Assembly: GCA_013115145.1 (NCBI GenBank)
Contig: JAAPAO010000001.1
Coordinates: 1-64,000, forward strand
Direction of reading: 5' to 3'
Source of the DNA: Perkinsus chesapeaki ATCC PRA-425
Taxonomy: Eukaryota; Protista; Perkinsozoa
DNA length: 64,000 nucleotides
Shown here: one piece after another, positions 51,340 to 62,199 of the stretch
Numbering within the stretch: position 1 is the first letter of the stretch
How the letters are laid out: each line of letters begins with the position of its first letter
Program-made: the position numbers and the translations under genes
Notes under the pieces: model-generated
Told to the model about the DNA's origin: nothing
Databases searched by the model: none
Seen by the model: the letters and a program-made list of their open reading frames with translations, nothing else

Positions 51340-52824
51340 ATGCACCGGTTGTCCTGCACCCACTCCAGAGCCTCCAGCTCGACAGTTGGTCTAATTAAAC
51401 TTGAGCGTTTGCTGAGTTCTCGAAGCACTTCGTCGGCCGTTTCCCCTCGGGACATCCTTCACTGTTTCAAAGGCCTCACCACAGCCCAGAAGAGGTCCGT
51501 CCCCTCCTCAACCATGGACTCGGCCTTCTCTCTTTTGCGTGCGCAGCGCCTCGGCCCGCTCGATGTGTCCGGCGCGATGGTGTCTTTCGGGGTCTATTCG
51601 GACCACTTCTTGGAGGACCTCCTCCGCTGGCAAATCGAGCAGGGTCCGACAGTCTATCGTCAGTTCCCACCTCTGCTATCCCAATCACTGTGGACGTCAA
51701 AGGAAAAGCTGCACAGGAAAGCTGTGGAAGAATACGTCAATTTTGCGGCGCGTGCCGTTGCGAGCGATGGTGATACTCTCCTCGCCAATCTGCAGCTCGG
51801 TGAGGTATACAACCTCCTGGAAGTCTTTGGACATAACGAAACTTGGCAGCCGGCATTCGAGCAAGTCTGTATTTTCGTGGCGCGTGACACCTTAGCAAGC
51901 CGCCTATCTCTGAGGGATGTCGCGATGTTAATGGCCGCCTTTGTTCGCTGTAAAGGGTCACTGGAGGTTCCTCACCTGTCACACTTCATGCCGGGTTTAC
52001 TCCAACGAGTAGTCGACTTGTTGGGGAACAAAAAGGCCACGGGACGCATCCGGCCTGACTGGGCGGCACTTATCACCAATTCGATTGCAAAGGCGCTGAT
52101 GGATCCTTCTGGGGAAGATGTGAAATCAGTAATGTCACAGTTGATGGCCGAGGCTTTGAAAGACGGCAAGGAGCCCGACAACATAGCTAAGATATATCTT
52201 GCAGCTGCCAAGCTAGAGATCCTCTCGAGTCACTCGGCCACCGATTGGCTGCTGCCTAAAGTGGCCGACTCATCCTTGACGATGTCGATGATGTCGGCTG
52301 GGCTGGCGAGGTCTCCTCAACTGTTGCTGGCATCAGTGAAGCTACTTGCCCGAAGGAAGGGCCTAGAGAGTTTGAGTGAAGCCTGCAAGTATCAAGCGAT
52401 CACCGGCCTGCTTGGGACCTGGCCGTTGCTGAGGGGAGCTGAGCTGAGAGACCTGAGAGCAATCAATCATGTGATAGAAGCGATGGAAATGAACAAATTA
52501 AAAGCGGCAGTAAGTTGCAGAAAGCTTCTCCCTATTTACCAAAAGGCTCTTCTTCAGGCCTCCTCGTTCGCTCTGATAGCGTCAACCCGGGATCATATTG
52601 GCTGCATGGATGCGCTGAAGGCTATTACCGGCAGTGACAAAGCACTGTCGCCTTTACATCACATGGTCACGGAAGCCTTTGCTCTACCATACTGGATAGA
52701 CGTGGTCCTCGTGCCGATCCATCGAGGACTTGACCACCCGCCGCCTCCTCTAGCCTTTAACTCTATAAGGAGTTCATGCCATGACCGACCTTCTCCGCGT
52801 AATGTTTCAGCTTTTCAAAGTTAG
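51340..52824 (+). CDS. Intronless helical-repeat protein, probable mitochondrial targeting, RAP-like end
   Basis: 494-aa ORF with an Arg/Ser-rich N-terminus, helical repeats, and C-terminal MVTEAFALPYWIDVVL. Confidence 0.6.
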   Translation: MHRLSCTHSRASSSTVGLIKLERLLSSRSTSSAVSPRDILHCFKGLTTAQKRSVPSSTMDSAFSLLRAQRLGPLDVSGAMVSFGVYSDHFLEDLLRWQIEQGPTVYRQFPPLLSQSLWTSKEKLHRKAVEEYVNFAARAVASDGDTLLANLQLGEVYNLLEVFGHNETWQPAFEQVCIFVARDTLASRLSLRDVAMLMAAFVRCKGSLEVPHLSHFMPGLLQRVVDLLGNKKATGRIRPDWAALITNSIAKALMDPSGEDVKSVMSQLMAEALKDGKEPDNIAKIYLAAAKLEILSSHSATDWLLPKVADSSLTMSMMSAGLARSPQLLLASVKLLARRKGLESLSEACKYQAITGLLGTWPLLRGAELRDLRAINHVIEAMEMNKLKAAVSCRKLLPIYQKALLQASSFALIASTRDHIGCMDALKAITGSDKALSPLHHMVTEAFALPYWIDVVLVPIHRGLDHPPPPLAFNSIRSSCHDRPSPRNVSAFQS

Positions 52825-52953
52825 AGGATTGTAGATGTTGAGTTGGTGTGAAAGTGTAAATACTGCTATTGGCTTACCCGAATTGTTCAACAATCTGCGA
52901 GTCATATCGAAGCGAGAACGGCAGCTCCTTTTATTGAAGACGCAGTTGTTATA

Positions 52954-54439
52954 ATGGATGGCCAGCCATCGGTGTCCGAGTCAGATTCCAGCTCAGATGG
53001 ATCAGAGTACGCTGACGTCGACTGGGCCTCACCATCAGATAACGAGACAGCATCGATCACGGCGGCCACGACCATACAAACCGGCCAGGAGGTGCACATA
53101 ACTCTACCACCTCAGCGGGGGCGAAAGAGAAGGAGAAATGCCCGCCCAGTTTCACGGAGGGAGATCATGGCCTGGTTCAGCGCATTTGAGGACCTCACAC
53201 ACTTATGTTTCGATTCCGACCTCATCAAGCGTGCCGTCAATGACCGCATGAGAGAGATGGACGTGCCGCTGCCATCACAGGCACCTTTCACTATGGTGCC
53301 TTGGCCTCCGTACTGGATAGCTGCGGACCCCTCCCAACTGGACTTGAGCCTCGAGCCCCTGCCAACATCGGAATCTATTGCCGACGAGCTGCTCCTCAGC
53401 GATGGAGGAGTGTCCACCTACATTGGGGCTCTGGCAGCGACTTGCGCTGCAATAGAGGGCGGAGCAACCTTGTTCGCAGCTACTGGGTATCCGATGCCTT
53501 GGCTAGAAATTGGTTCTGGGAAGGCGGTTGGCCTTCCACCAGGGAAATCGAGAACTCTTGGCGTGGTGATAGGCAAAAGGAAGATCGGCGACTTTTTTGA
53601 TGCCACTGTTAAGTACGGTAGTCTCCGGCGAGCCAAAATACTCAAGTGGCTGCGGATTTCCCCTGGCCCGGACGATGGCAAGCTCCCCAGAAGTATTGAG
53701 GGCTTTAGAAATAGCACTACCTACATATTGGACTCGCAGTTGACGAAGTTCGACCACTTGAAGGAGGCTGCTAGGCCAGTTGGTGTTTTCTCTGGCCGGG
53801 ACCCTATATATTTACGGGAAGATGTCGAACGATTGAGGACTGAGTCACAGTGGGAGCGGCGGGGCATGGTTCTGAGATCTGATGCAGGGAGCTGTAAGCG
53901 AACACTCGAGACTAAACGAAAATTAGTGAAACTGTACTCTGAAGAGCAGACTGAAGAAGCGCCTGAGAGACACCTTGGAGCCGACGGAGAGATTCCAGTC
54001 AACCGGTTCGGCTTTGTTGACCTCACCGATGGCAGACGCCCTCCAGAAGGAACTGAGTTCGTCGTAGGCATACCCTTGCGGAGGGTCATACGGAAATGCA
54101 AGGAGATTGGGGTTGAACATTGGGCTCCCGCCCATACTGGATGGATGGCACAAAGACCGCAAATCGGGGGAGTGGTAGGCTGGTGGATTCTAACTTGATT
54201 TATTTCTAAAAAATCGTTGGTATGTCGAATACGAGCTCATGATTCAGGTCGTCGCGATGGCTGACGCAAGTGTTCTGAGAGACAGCTTGGAGGAGGATAC
54301 CAGAACTCGTGAGGAGGCACAGCGGTTGAAAGATGAGCGACTCGCTAAGATAGCGTGGAAAGCGCTCATAAAAAGGCTACTGGCCAGAAGATACGTCGAG
54401 ATGATTTCAGCGTCCAGTGCGACATCCAGGCGACATTGA
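52954..54439 (+). CDS. XPC: XPC/Rad4 nucleotide-excision-repair sensor (compact), one intron near 54175-54248
   Basis: BHD1 LPRSIEGFRNSTTYILDSQL; BHD2 PIYLREDVERLRTESQW..KLYSEEQT; BHD3 IPVNRFGFVDL..APAHTGW..PQIGGVVV; terminal AWKALIKRL. Confidence 0.85.
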
Positions 54440-54697
54440 CAAACAGCTCGATGCTGCGCCTAAGGCATTTGGCGCGGATTGGTGATTGGTGGTTCAGAGA
54501 TATCGAGGTCGTTGCCTGGCGAAAAATGAGCTGGTTCAGCTTACTCGAGGCGGGTTACGTTAAATTTATGTTAGTGACACTGCAAAATAAATCTAACCCT
54601 TTTATGTCTTGTGTCAAAGTGGTGAGTGATATTTAGAGGGCAATGGTAATTCAGTAGTCATACTGTTCTAGCGTGCCTAGTAACCATCCTATCACCT

Positions 54698-54770
54698 TCC
54701 GATGTAGTCTAGTTGGTTAGGATTCGTGGCTCTCACCCACGCGACCGGGGTTCGAGTCCCCGCATCGGAA
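54698..54770 (+). tRNA. tRNA-Glu (anticodon CTC)
   Basis: TCCGATGTAGTCTAGTTGGTTAGGATTCGTGGCTCTCACCCACGCGACCGGGGTTCGAGTCCCCGCATCGGAA folds into a full cloverleaf. Confidence 0.96.
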
Positions 54771-55163
54771 CTATTTCGTAAGCCTTCTCTCCACTTGTGC
54801 AACTCACCGACGGCCTGTCCCCATCTTGTATATCATTCCCCATTGTTGACAACTACCCCATTGCATGCAATGCCTCTTACCTGAAACCTCCCCCAATAGG
54901 TCATGTTGCTACTTTAACAACCCAACATGACTTTAAAAGCCCACCGAAACCAGACGTCACAGTAACGATAGATTCTCTGATGAGGGCGTTGGTAAAACGT
55001 AGCAGGAATCGTGATGCCATCAGTAGATTTACGGTGATTATGATGAATACAATAGGAATATCGTGACTCGACGTTTTAGTACGCATAACGGACGTACTCT
55101 TCCGTTTTATGGTACCGATGACAGCAACCTTGTCAGTGCTGTACATCATCATCTCAAAGCTGT

Positions 55164-58100
55164 CTAGTAGTCTTCTTGGACTCTCAATCTCAGGCGAATG
55201 TTCATACTCGCAAACTCGGCAGACATATACCGGAATACGTAAGGGAGAGTGACGGCGGCACAGCGAACCTCAACACCCTGAAAACAACTCATCGAAATGC
55301 AGCAGTTATAGTGAAATCAACAACATACCCTCTCAGTCGAGCATGCTCTGCAGATCGGGGCTTGAGCAGCGGCTTCTCTGCCACTGTAGCGTTTGACAGT
55401 TTCGGGCGAGTGGGCGTAGGAAAGGATCGATCCACAGTCGGGGCAAACCCAATCCTCACAAGCATCAGAACACTTGAGAAGTCGATCAGCAAGAAGGGCG
55501 GAGGTTCCGTGGGAGATAAGGGAATCACGTTCCATCTCTCCAAAACGAACACCACCGTGCTTCTTACGGCCCTTCACTGGTTGCCGAGTGAGAGGATCAA
55601 TCGGACCAGTAGCGCGCACCTGGAACTTATCGAGAACCTAATACCAAAACATTTCTCACAGTTGCTATGAAACAGGAGCCTTACCATATGCCTCAACCTC
55701 TGATAGTAAACAACACCCATATAGATGTGGGTCTTCAAAGGTACACCGTGCATGCCAGAATACAACTCCTCCGCTCCAAGATACTCATAACCGAACCTTA
55801 CAAAAGCTATACACTAATAGGAGAACATTGAGCTCACTTCTTCAAGGTCTCGCCGAAGTACTCATGTGCAGTGGTGTCACCAGGTGCATAGGGATCCTTC
55901 TCGTTGTTATGTTCGGTGTCCAGTAGACCCTTCCCGCGATATTGACGGAAACTGTTGGCATTGACCACAGGAGTGCCAGTCAGTGCTGCCGCCTTTCCAG
56001 CCATGAACTCGATAAGCATACCTAAACTAAGGTATACACCACAACCCGATACAAGCCTTATCATTACCAATTGTCATTCGACTAGGCATTCCATGGGGAT
56101 TGAACATGATATCGGGAGAGATACCAGACCGGCCTGAAAAAGAACACTGCGGTCTTAGCGTGGATCGGGTAGAGTGAGAACTCACCGCTGAAGGGCATAT
56201 CAGCCTGGGGCCAGAGGATGGCCATGACACCCTTCTGTCCGTGACGAGATGAGAACTTATCACCGACGACAGGGTTTCTGATAGGAAAGATAGTCCCCCT
56301 TCGGAACTCGGCAAACGCTACCTCGGCAATCTGAGCTTAATTGACATCCTCTCAGCACCGTCTTTGATGCCTCCAGGATTCCTAGCACCGGCTCCTCCAC
56401 CCCACCAACCGCCACCGCCAATCATGTTAACTTGCTCCACCCAGGCAACCTCCCCTTCCTTATACTTCTCCATTTTGGCCTCACCAGTGCCCTTATTCAG
56501 CACTCGGCAGATGGGATCACCTTCGTGCACTTGTTGACCAATATACGGTATTCCGTCATAGTCGAGATCCTTCACAACCTTCTCTCCCTTCACACTGTGA
56601 TTGTCCGCCCGGAACTGCGTAAGTCTAGAGCCCACTGTCCCCTTAGGCGGACAGTTAATGACCTTTGTCTTGTACACAGATCCATGCTTGAAACCTCTAT
56701 CATAGCTCCCCTTGGAGATGATCAGAGCGTCCTCCATGTCGAACCCAGAATGGGCAATCACCGCTACAATGGCGTTGGTGCCGGCTGGCTTCACATCGAA
56801 GTTAGCATCGCTCAAGACCGTGGTTCGGACCATCGGGAACTGCGGGTAGGTAATCTTATACACCTGAGATTTAGTAGTAAAGGACACGTCTAGCCTCTCC
56901 TCCTCCTCTTATTACCTTATTATCAGTTCTATAAGGATGGTTCAAGTACGGTATAGCCATGGTCTGTTTAAGCATCTGACATTGGTACATATTACGGGGA
57001 CTCTGATTATGATTGGAGAAGGGCGTGAGACCAGCAATGACCGAGAGCATCGATATCGGGCTCAACTCCATATGAGTGTACTTCAGTGGGATGTTCTCGG
57101 GAATGTCACTAGTGTTATTGGAAGCTTCCAAATCCTCGCGGGTGACGGCTATCTTCATGAACACCTGCTCCATGGGACCAATGAGCTCCTCGTTACCAGA
57201 GGCAAGATCACGGACTGGGCGGACCATCCTGCATGGCCCAGTGAAGAGCCAGAGACCCTCGAAAGATGCCGGAATCTGGCATGCGACGATCTCGAGATCC
57301 GCCGGCACTCCAGGGCAGGCCTTGTCTATCTTCAACCTTCTCAGCTCCTCTGCTACGGCCTCCAGGCGACTTCGTGCCACCTTGCCGATAACGCGACCAT
57401 CGAGGGTGACATAAGCGTTCTCTCCAGCACCGAAGTTCGAGGTTGATGTCTTACTGCTGCGGACCAGCTGCACGCCCAAGGCAGCCAGCTCGGCCTCCAA
57501 ACCAGGAATGATTCCCTCAGGAGAGGCCACGCGAACCACTGGCTGACACGGTGCTGCTAGATGATTCAACAGACCGCACGGTGTCCCATCAGGCGTGTGC
57601 ACCGGGCACAGGAACCCCCAAGTCTCAGGTAGAAGTTTACGGACTGATGTAGTCTTCATTTCTTGGAAGAATGATCCTCTGTGAACCGCTCGGAAATGGG
57701 AGAGGTAACGGTAGGCGTTGAGCTTATCGGCGACAACAGTGAAACCGGTGGTTTGCTGAAGATCGAGGCCACTTCGGGAAGTAACATTGCCAGTGGCCAG
57801 GAAACTTTCCATACGTTTGGTCACGTCACAGACGCCCATAAAGGTATTGCGTATCAACTCAGCCGATAGAACCGTAGGGGCTCGACCCTTTCCAACCAGA
57901 GCCTGCCTAGACTTCTTAGACAAGGCACCTTCAAGTCGTAGCAGTGAGGATTGGAGGACCTCCTTGAGCAAGGCGCCGTACAGCTGACCAGGAAGAAGCA
58001 GTTCTTGGACATCCATAGCATCCGCGTTATCTGGAGCGATGTCCCCACGGACCAATGCCATCAACTTGCGGAACATCAGGACAAGGCAGTCGACCTGTGC

Positions 58101-59576
58101 AGCAACAATGCCTACATCCCGGCTACCGGCCAACAGCTAGTACCTTGGCTTTGCCGCCCTCGGCACCCTTGGGACAATGAACCAGCATGAGGGAATCCAA
58201 TAGACGTCGGGCAACTGATACCGACTTTTCCACAGGATTCATCGAAGCATCGTCAACCTCGAGGGCAATGCCGTCCAGAGATACCTAATAGGTACACCGG
58301 CGTAAGCCGCTTCTGCCCAGGATACTATCCTACCCCTGCACCACGCTTTTCACGGAAAACCACTTCAAACTTGGAGCCGAGATAGTATAGAGCATCCTCT
58401 CGGGAGTGAACGTGTTTGAGCTCCGGATGAGTCCTCATCTGCTCCAACATACATGTCACACGCTCGGCAACGAACGTATCAGCCATCAACCCATCGCAGA
58501 GGAGCTAAATAATAAAGATATTTCCAAGTTAGATGCAGCTGGACTACCTCGAATAAGCTTCGTTCAGAGTTCAGCTCATCCGGGGCGAAACACTTAAGAA
58601 GGAGCATCAGTGGTATCAAGTACTCATTCTTAAGATAGGTAAATCTCACCTAAACAGGTATGGTCCCGGACAGGCTCTTCAGGAAGAGAGCTGCTGCTCA
58701 CCCAACATGTACCATCCTTTCGATAATGCATGGTCACCGTCTGTGTGGTGAGATCAGGTCTCATCGAACGCATTTGTACGGCATAGGCCGAGTACAGTGG
58801 ACCTGTGCTAGCAATTCCCTCACGCTGGTCCCCGCAGTTCCCTTCTCCCTCTTTACTACCTCTATTGGAGAAGCTTGGCCTATATAAGGCGATCGGAAAG
58901 TTACTCTTGGGCATGATTAACAGACGTATGACCTTCTCGTTACCATTTACGATGAAATAGCCTCCCCTCTCATCCGGATCCTCCCCGCATCGAACCATTT
59001 GAGATGGAGTCATACCGTGAAGGTGACAGGCCTCGGAGCGGACCATGATTGGCACCAAACCAAGGGGCACTCCGGCCATTTGAACCGGCGGCTCTCCTGT
59101 CCCAAGGGATACGTTGACGGTTCCAGAGAGCTCCCCAGAATACGTAATGTGAGCTTGACGACAATGTGTGGGGAGCAAGCGAGGATCAATGACATCTTCG
59201 CCTCGGATAGGCTGATGCAAGGCTAAGTCAGATAACCAACACCGTACTGTAGTCCCATCATGCCAAGTCATTTCAGCTGGAGAAAGGTCATCGGGCATGA
59301 GGCCGAGAATCTCATTCGCCTAATAAAAGAAACAACATTACTGCTGTCAGAGATCCCCCCTTTTGGATCATATTATACCAGCCGTTATATTACAAATAGA
59401 TTGAATGAGTCAATATGTGGTTTAACACTATCGTTGAGTAATCTGGCACCCCAGGCATCTACAGGGGCATTATATTGTACGTATCGAGGAGAGTCGAAGG
59501 GGCTCCATTTCCCATAGGATGCGACAGCCTCCTCTGCTGACTGTTTGCTTTGAGCTTTAGCTGCCCTTTGAGGCAT
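55164..59576 (-). CDS. POLR1B: RNA polymerase I second-largest subunit (RPA2/RPA135), many introns
   Basis: [23 protein letters not shown], Pol I-type [91 protein letters not shown]-terminal CPDC..CRAC. Confidence 0.96.
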
Positions 59577-59652
59577 GGGGTAACCTCCAAAAGAAGACAC
59601 TGAGAGGATAAAGATACAGAACTACACAAGTCACGTACAAAAGGGAGAAGCT

Positions 59653-59734
59653 AATTCAAAAAATACCCTCACTGGGATTCGAACCCGAGTCTTCCAGCGC
59701 ATTATCCTGCATCGCTCCGCCGAATTCAAAAAAT
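59653..59734 (-). other. 58-bp tRNA-like 3' fragment (B-box) flanked by perfect 12-bp direct repeats
   Basis: AATTCAAAAAAT at 59653-59664 and 59723-59734 encloses (minus strand) ...GGAAGACTCGGGTTCGAATCCCAGTGAGGGT. Confidence 0.55.
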
Positions 59735-59794
59735 GTTTACAGGTTCTTCCGAATGCCCTTTCCCCACACTGTATGGTAGTTTTTGTCAATAGAC

Positions 59795-62086
59795 ATGTCA
59801 TCTGATGCCATAGGATCAAACACGCCCCTGTTGGCTCCTTGTCAATCTGCTAAGGAAGCTTCGGAGCCCATCGAGGACCATGACCATCGGGAAAGAAGAC
59901 ATGCCCCACGCATCACCCCAAGAGACTCTAAGAGCAGGATATTCGCCGTCTGTGGGTTCTTCGTATCATCCCTGATGGCATCCAGTGCGGTCTCGACCGC
60001 TATACAATCTTTGTCGTATCCTGCCATATTCGGTGGCCATAAGTCTGAGGCGCTCACTAGCACACTCTACCAGGTACCGCTAGTAACCCAAGGGCTGTAT
60101 TATACTTTCCCTTAGTTCCTTCTAGTATTCGGCCAGTGTATTGGTTGCTTCCTCGGTGGACTGGCGTGCGATGTCTATGGCCGTAGACCATCCTATATAG
60201 TGTAAGGCTCCCTATCACCACCATTCATCACATTTCTCTCAGTTCACTGGGCGTCATGATTCTTGTATTGGGCCTCAATGCCTCTGTTCTAGCAGGAGAC
60301 TACTTCAGCGGCACACTACCGCGGGGAATCTTTCATCAGGTTATACTGCAGGTGGGGGTGCAGCCATAGCTCAAAGGCCATCGGTGACTTTATGCCGACG
60401 GCTTCCCTGCGCACAAAGTTGAGAGAATTTCGGTATGGCATTGGCAATGACGGGGCGCTCGATTGAGGCTTAGTTAGCTCTGTTACTGGCATTCGCAGAT
60501 TCTCTGGCTGATATTGAGCACCCTACTGGGTATTAGCAGCACCCTGTTGTACCCTATATGCGGCTGCATGCTGATAGAATCCACTCCTGCCATACAGCGA
60601 CATGTCGACACCGCAAAGTAAGATAGGTACACTAGATCCGTCCTTGAACCAAATGAAAAGGTACATGTGCGCTCAAGGAGTGGCGCAACTGATCGGTGGA
60701 AGTCTTGTGGTGGGATTATTAGCGGCCTTCGGAGCGCAGACGAGAGGCCCAGCCGAGTTCGATTCCCAGGCTCTCCTTCTTATATTATTTTGTATACCTA
60801 TAATAGCCACTGCATTGCTCTTCGTAGCAGCGTTAAAGTGGCTGAATGAGAGCACATTCTATTATGATTATAGGGCTGATCTTAATCTATATATGGGAAC
60901 ACGGACACCCTCAAGGTACTAGTGGGCCGGTCTGTCGGGATACCTCATCGAGACCGCCACGCGTTAGACTGTCCCCTTCGCTGATTAAATCCCACGTAAT
61001 GACTTGCTGGAAGACCTGTATGGAGTATCCAGAGAGGCTGGCGGGATGTGCAGTGCCTTGGCTGCTGTTTGATGTCACCTTTTACTGTGATGGGGTCCTA
61101 GGCCTCATATCGGTGAGTTGATAATACCGTACTTTCCTCAACTCATGGCTCCATAGGTTGGTGATAATGAGAGCATGACAGTTCCAAGTGCACTGGGGAA
61201 CGACCCACCGGCGATGTTCGAGGATAATCTCCTCAGTTTGATGGTGGTTGGCATATCTCTCGTAGGCTACCTTCTTGGTGTTAAATCTGCTAAAATGGTG
61301 CCACCTAAACTGATGCAGTTGATGGGATTTGTGGTACTAAGGCTGGCAGGGCGGCTGTGAAACTTTATTAGTCTCACTCAATCTCGAAATAGTAAGCAAG
61401 TGAAGCAGATATTTTCATACCGTAAAAATCCGAACCGAACCAGGCGTAGTCAATATTTTCCGGAACCAATTTATGCCCTGCTCACGTTTGCTCGTTTTTC
61501 TGGACACATCACAGATCGACTTCGCCGCCCAACTCTTTTCGGGAGATTTCGCGAGCATATCCCTCTGCTTTCCTAGGTACTGTCTTTTTCATTCTTCGGT
61601 TTGGCGCTCTCACTGTGGTCCGTCGACACTCCAGAGAGTGCTGTTACTGATCGTGTTGCTGATTGCCTTCTTTTCAATGCTGTCTTTCGCTTCTTCAATT
61701 TCGGGCCTAATATCACCACATATTTGATACCATTAGAATCCTGGCCAACTCCAGCCCGAGGTAAGACGGAGCGGCGGCGGCGGTTATCTGGTCCAGCTAA
61801 CGCTCAGGTACCATGCACGGCATTGCCGGATCCGCGGCTAAACTGGGCGCCACCATAGGGCTTGGTTTATTCTGGCTCCTAAGGAGTAGGAAACTAATGT
61901 GTGTCGCCTGTGCCATATGTGCTGGTTTGGCTACTTTAACCACCATGATGTACACGCCCCATCTAGTGTAAGTTGCTGCTGTACAGCCTTTAGTGGTTCA
62001 CCATCGATCCTCTTAGACCTGTCTCTGCAGCCCTGCAGCTCATCGATAAAGAGTGGGAAGAAGGGCGAGTGAGCTCCAATGATTAG
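59795..62086 (+). CDS. MFS transporter of the PHO84/Pht1 phosphate:H+ symporter family, multi-exon
   Basis: GCFLGGLACDVYGRR, LLYPICGCMLIES, WLLFDVTFY, MQLMGF, FFNFGPNITTYLIPLESWPTPAR/GTMHGIAGSAAKLGA match Pht1 signatures. Confidence 0.82.
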
Positions 62087-62199
62087 CATTTTTACAAGCC
62101 CTACACGTGTACATTTGTCTCCACTTCTAGTGTCCAGTATTTTTGTGACTGTTTCTCTGCATCATCAACTTGAGTGTTGTAAGTTGCCGGAAGAAGGCG

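Noticed and set aside
54859-54872. Palindrome CATTGCATGCAATG containing the apicomplexan TGCATGCA element
   Set aside because: Single occurrence, not upstream of any supported start codon.
54640-55152. Small minus-strand ORF (54901-55152) plus GTAAG/GTGAG donors suggesting a spliced gene with tRNA-Glu antisense in an intron
   Set aside because: No unique phase-consistent model or recognisable product; it starts 12 nt after the RPA2 stop and may be 3' UTR.
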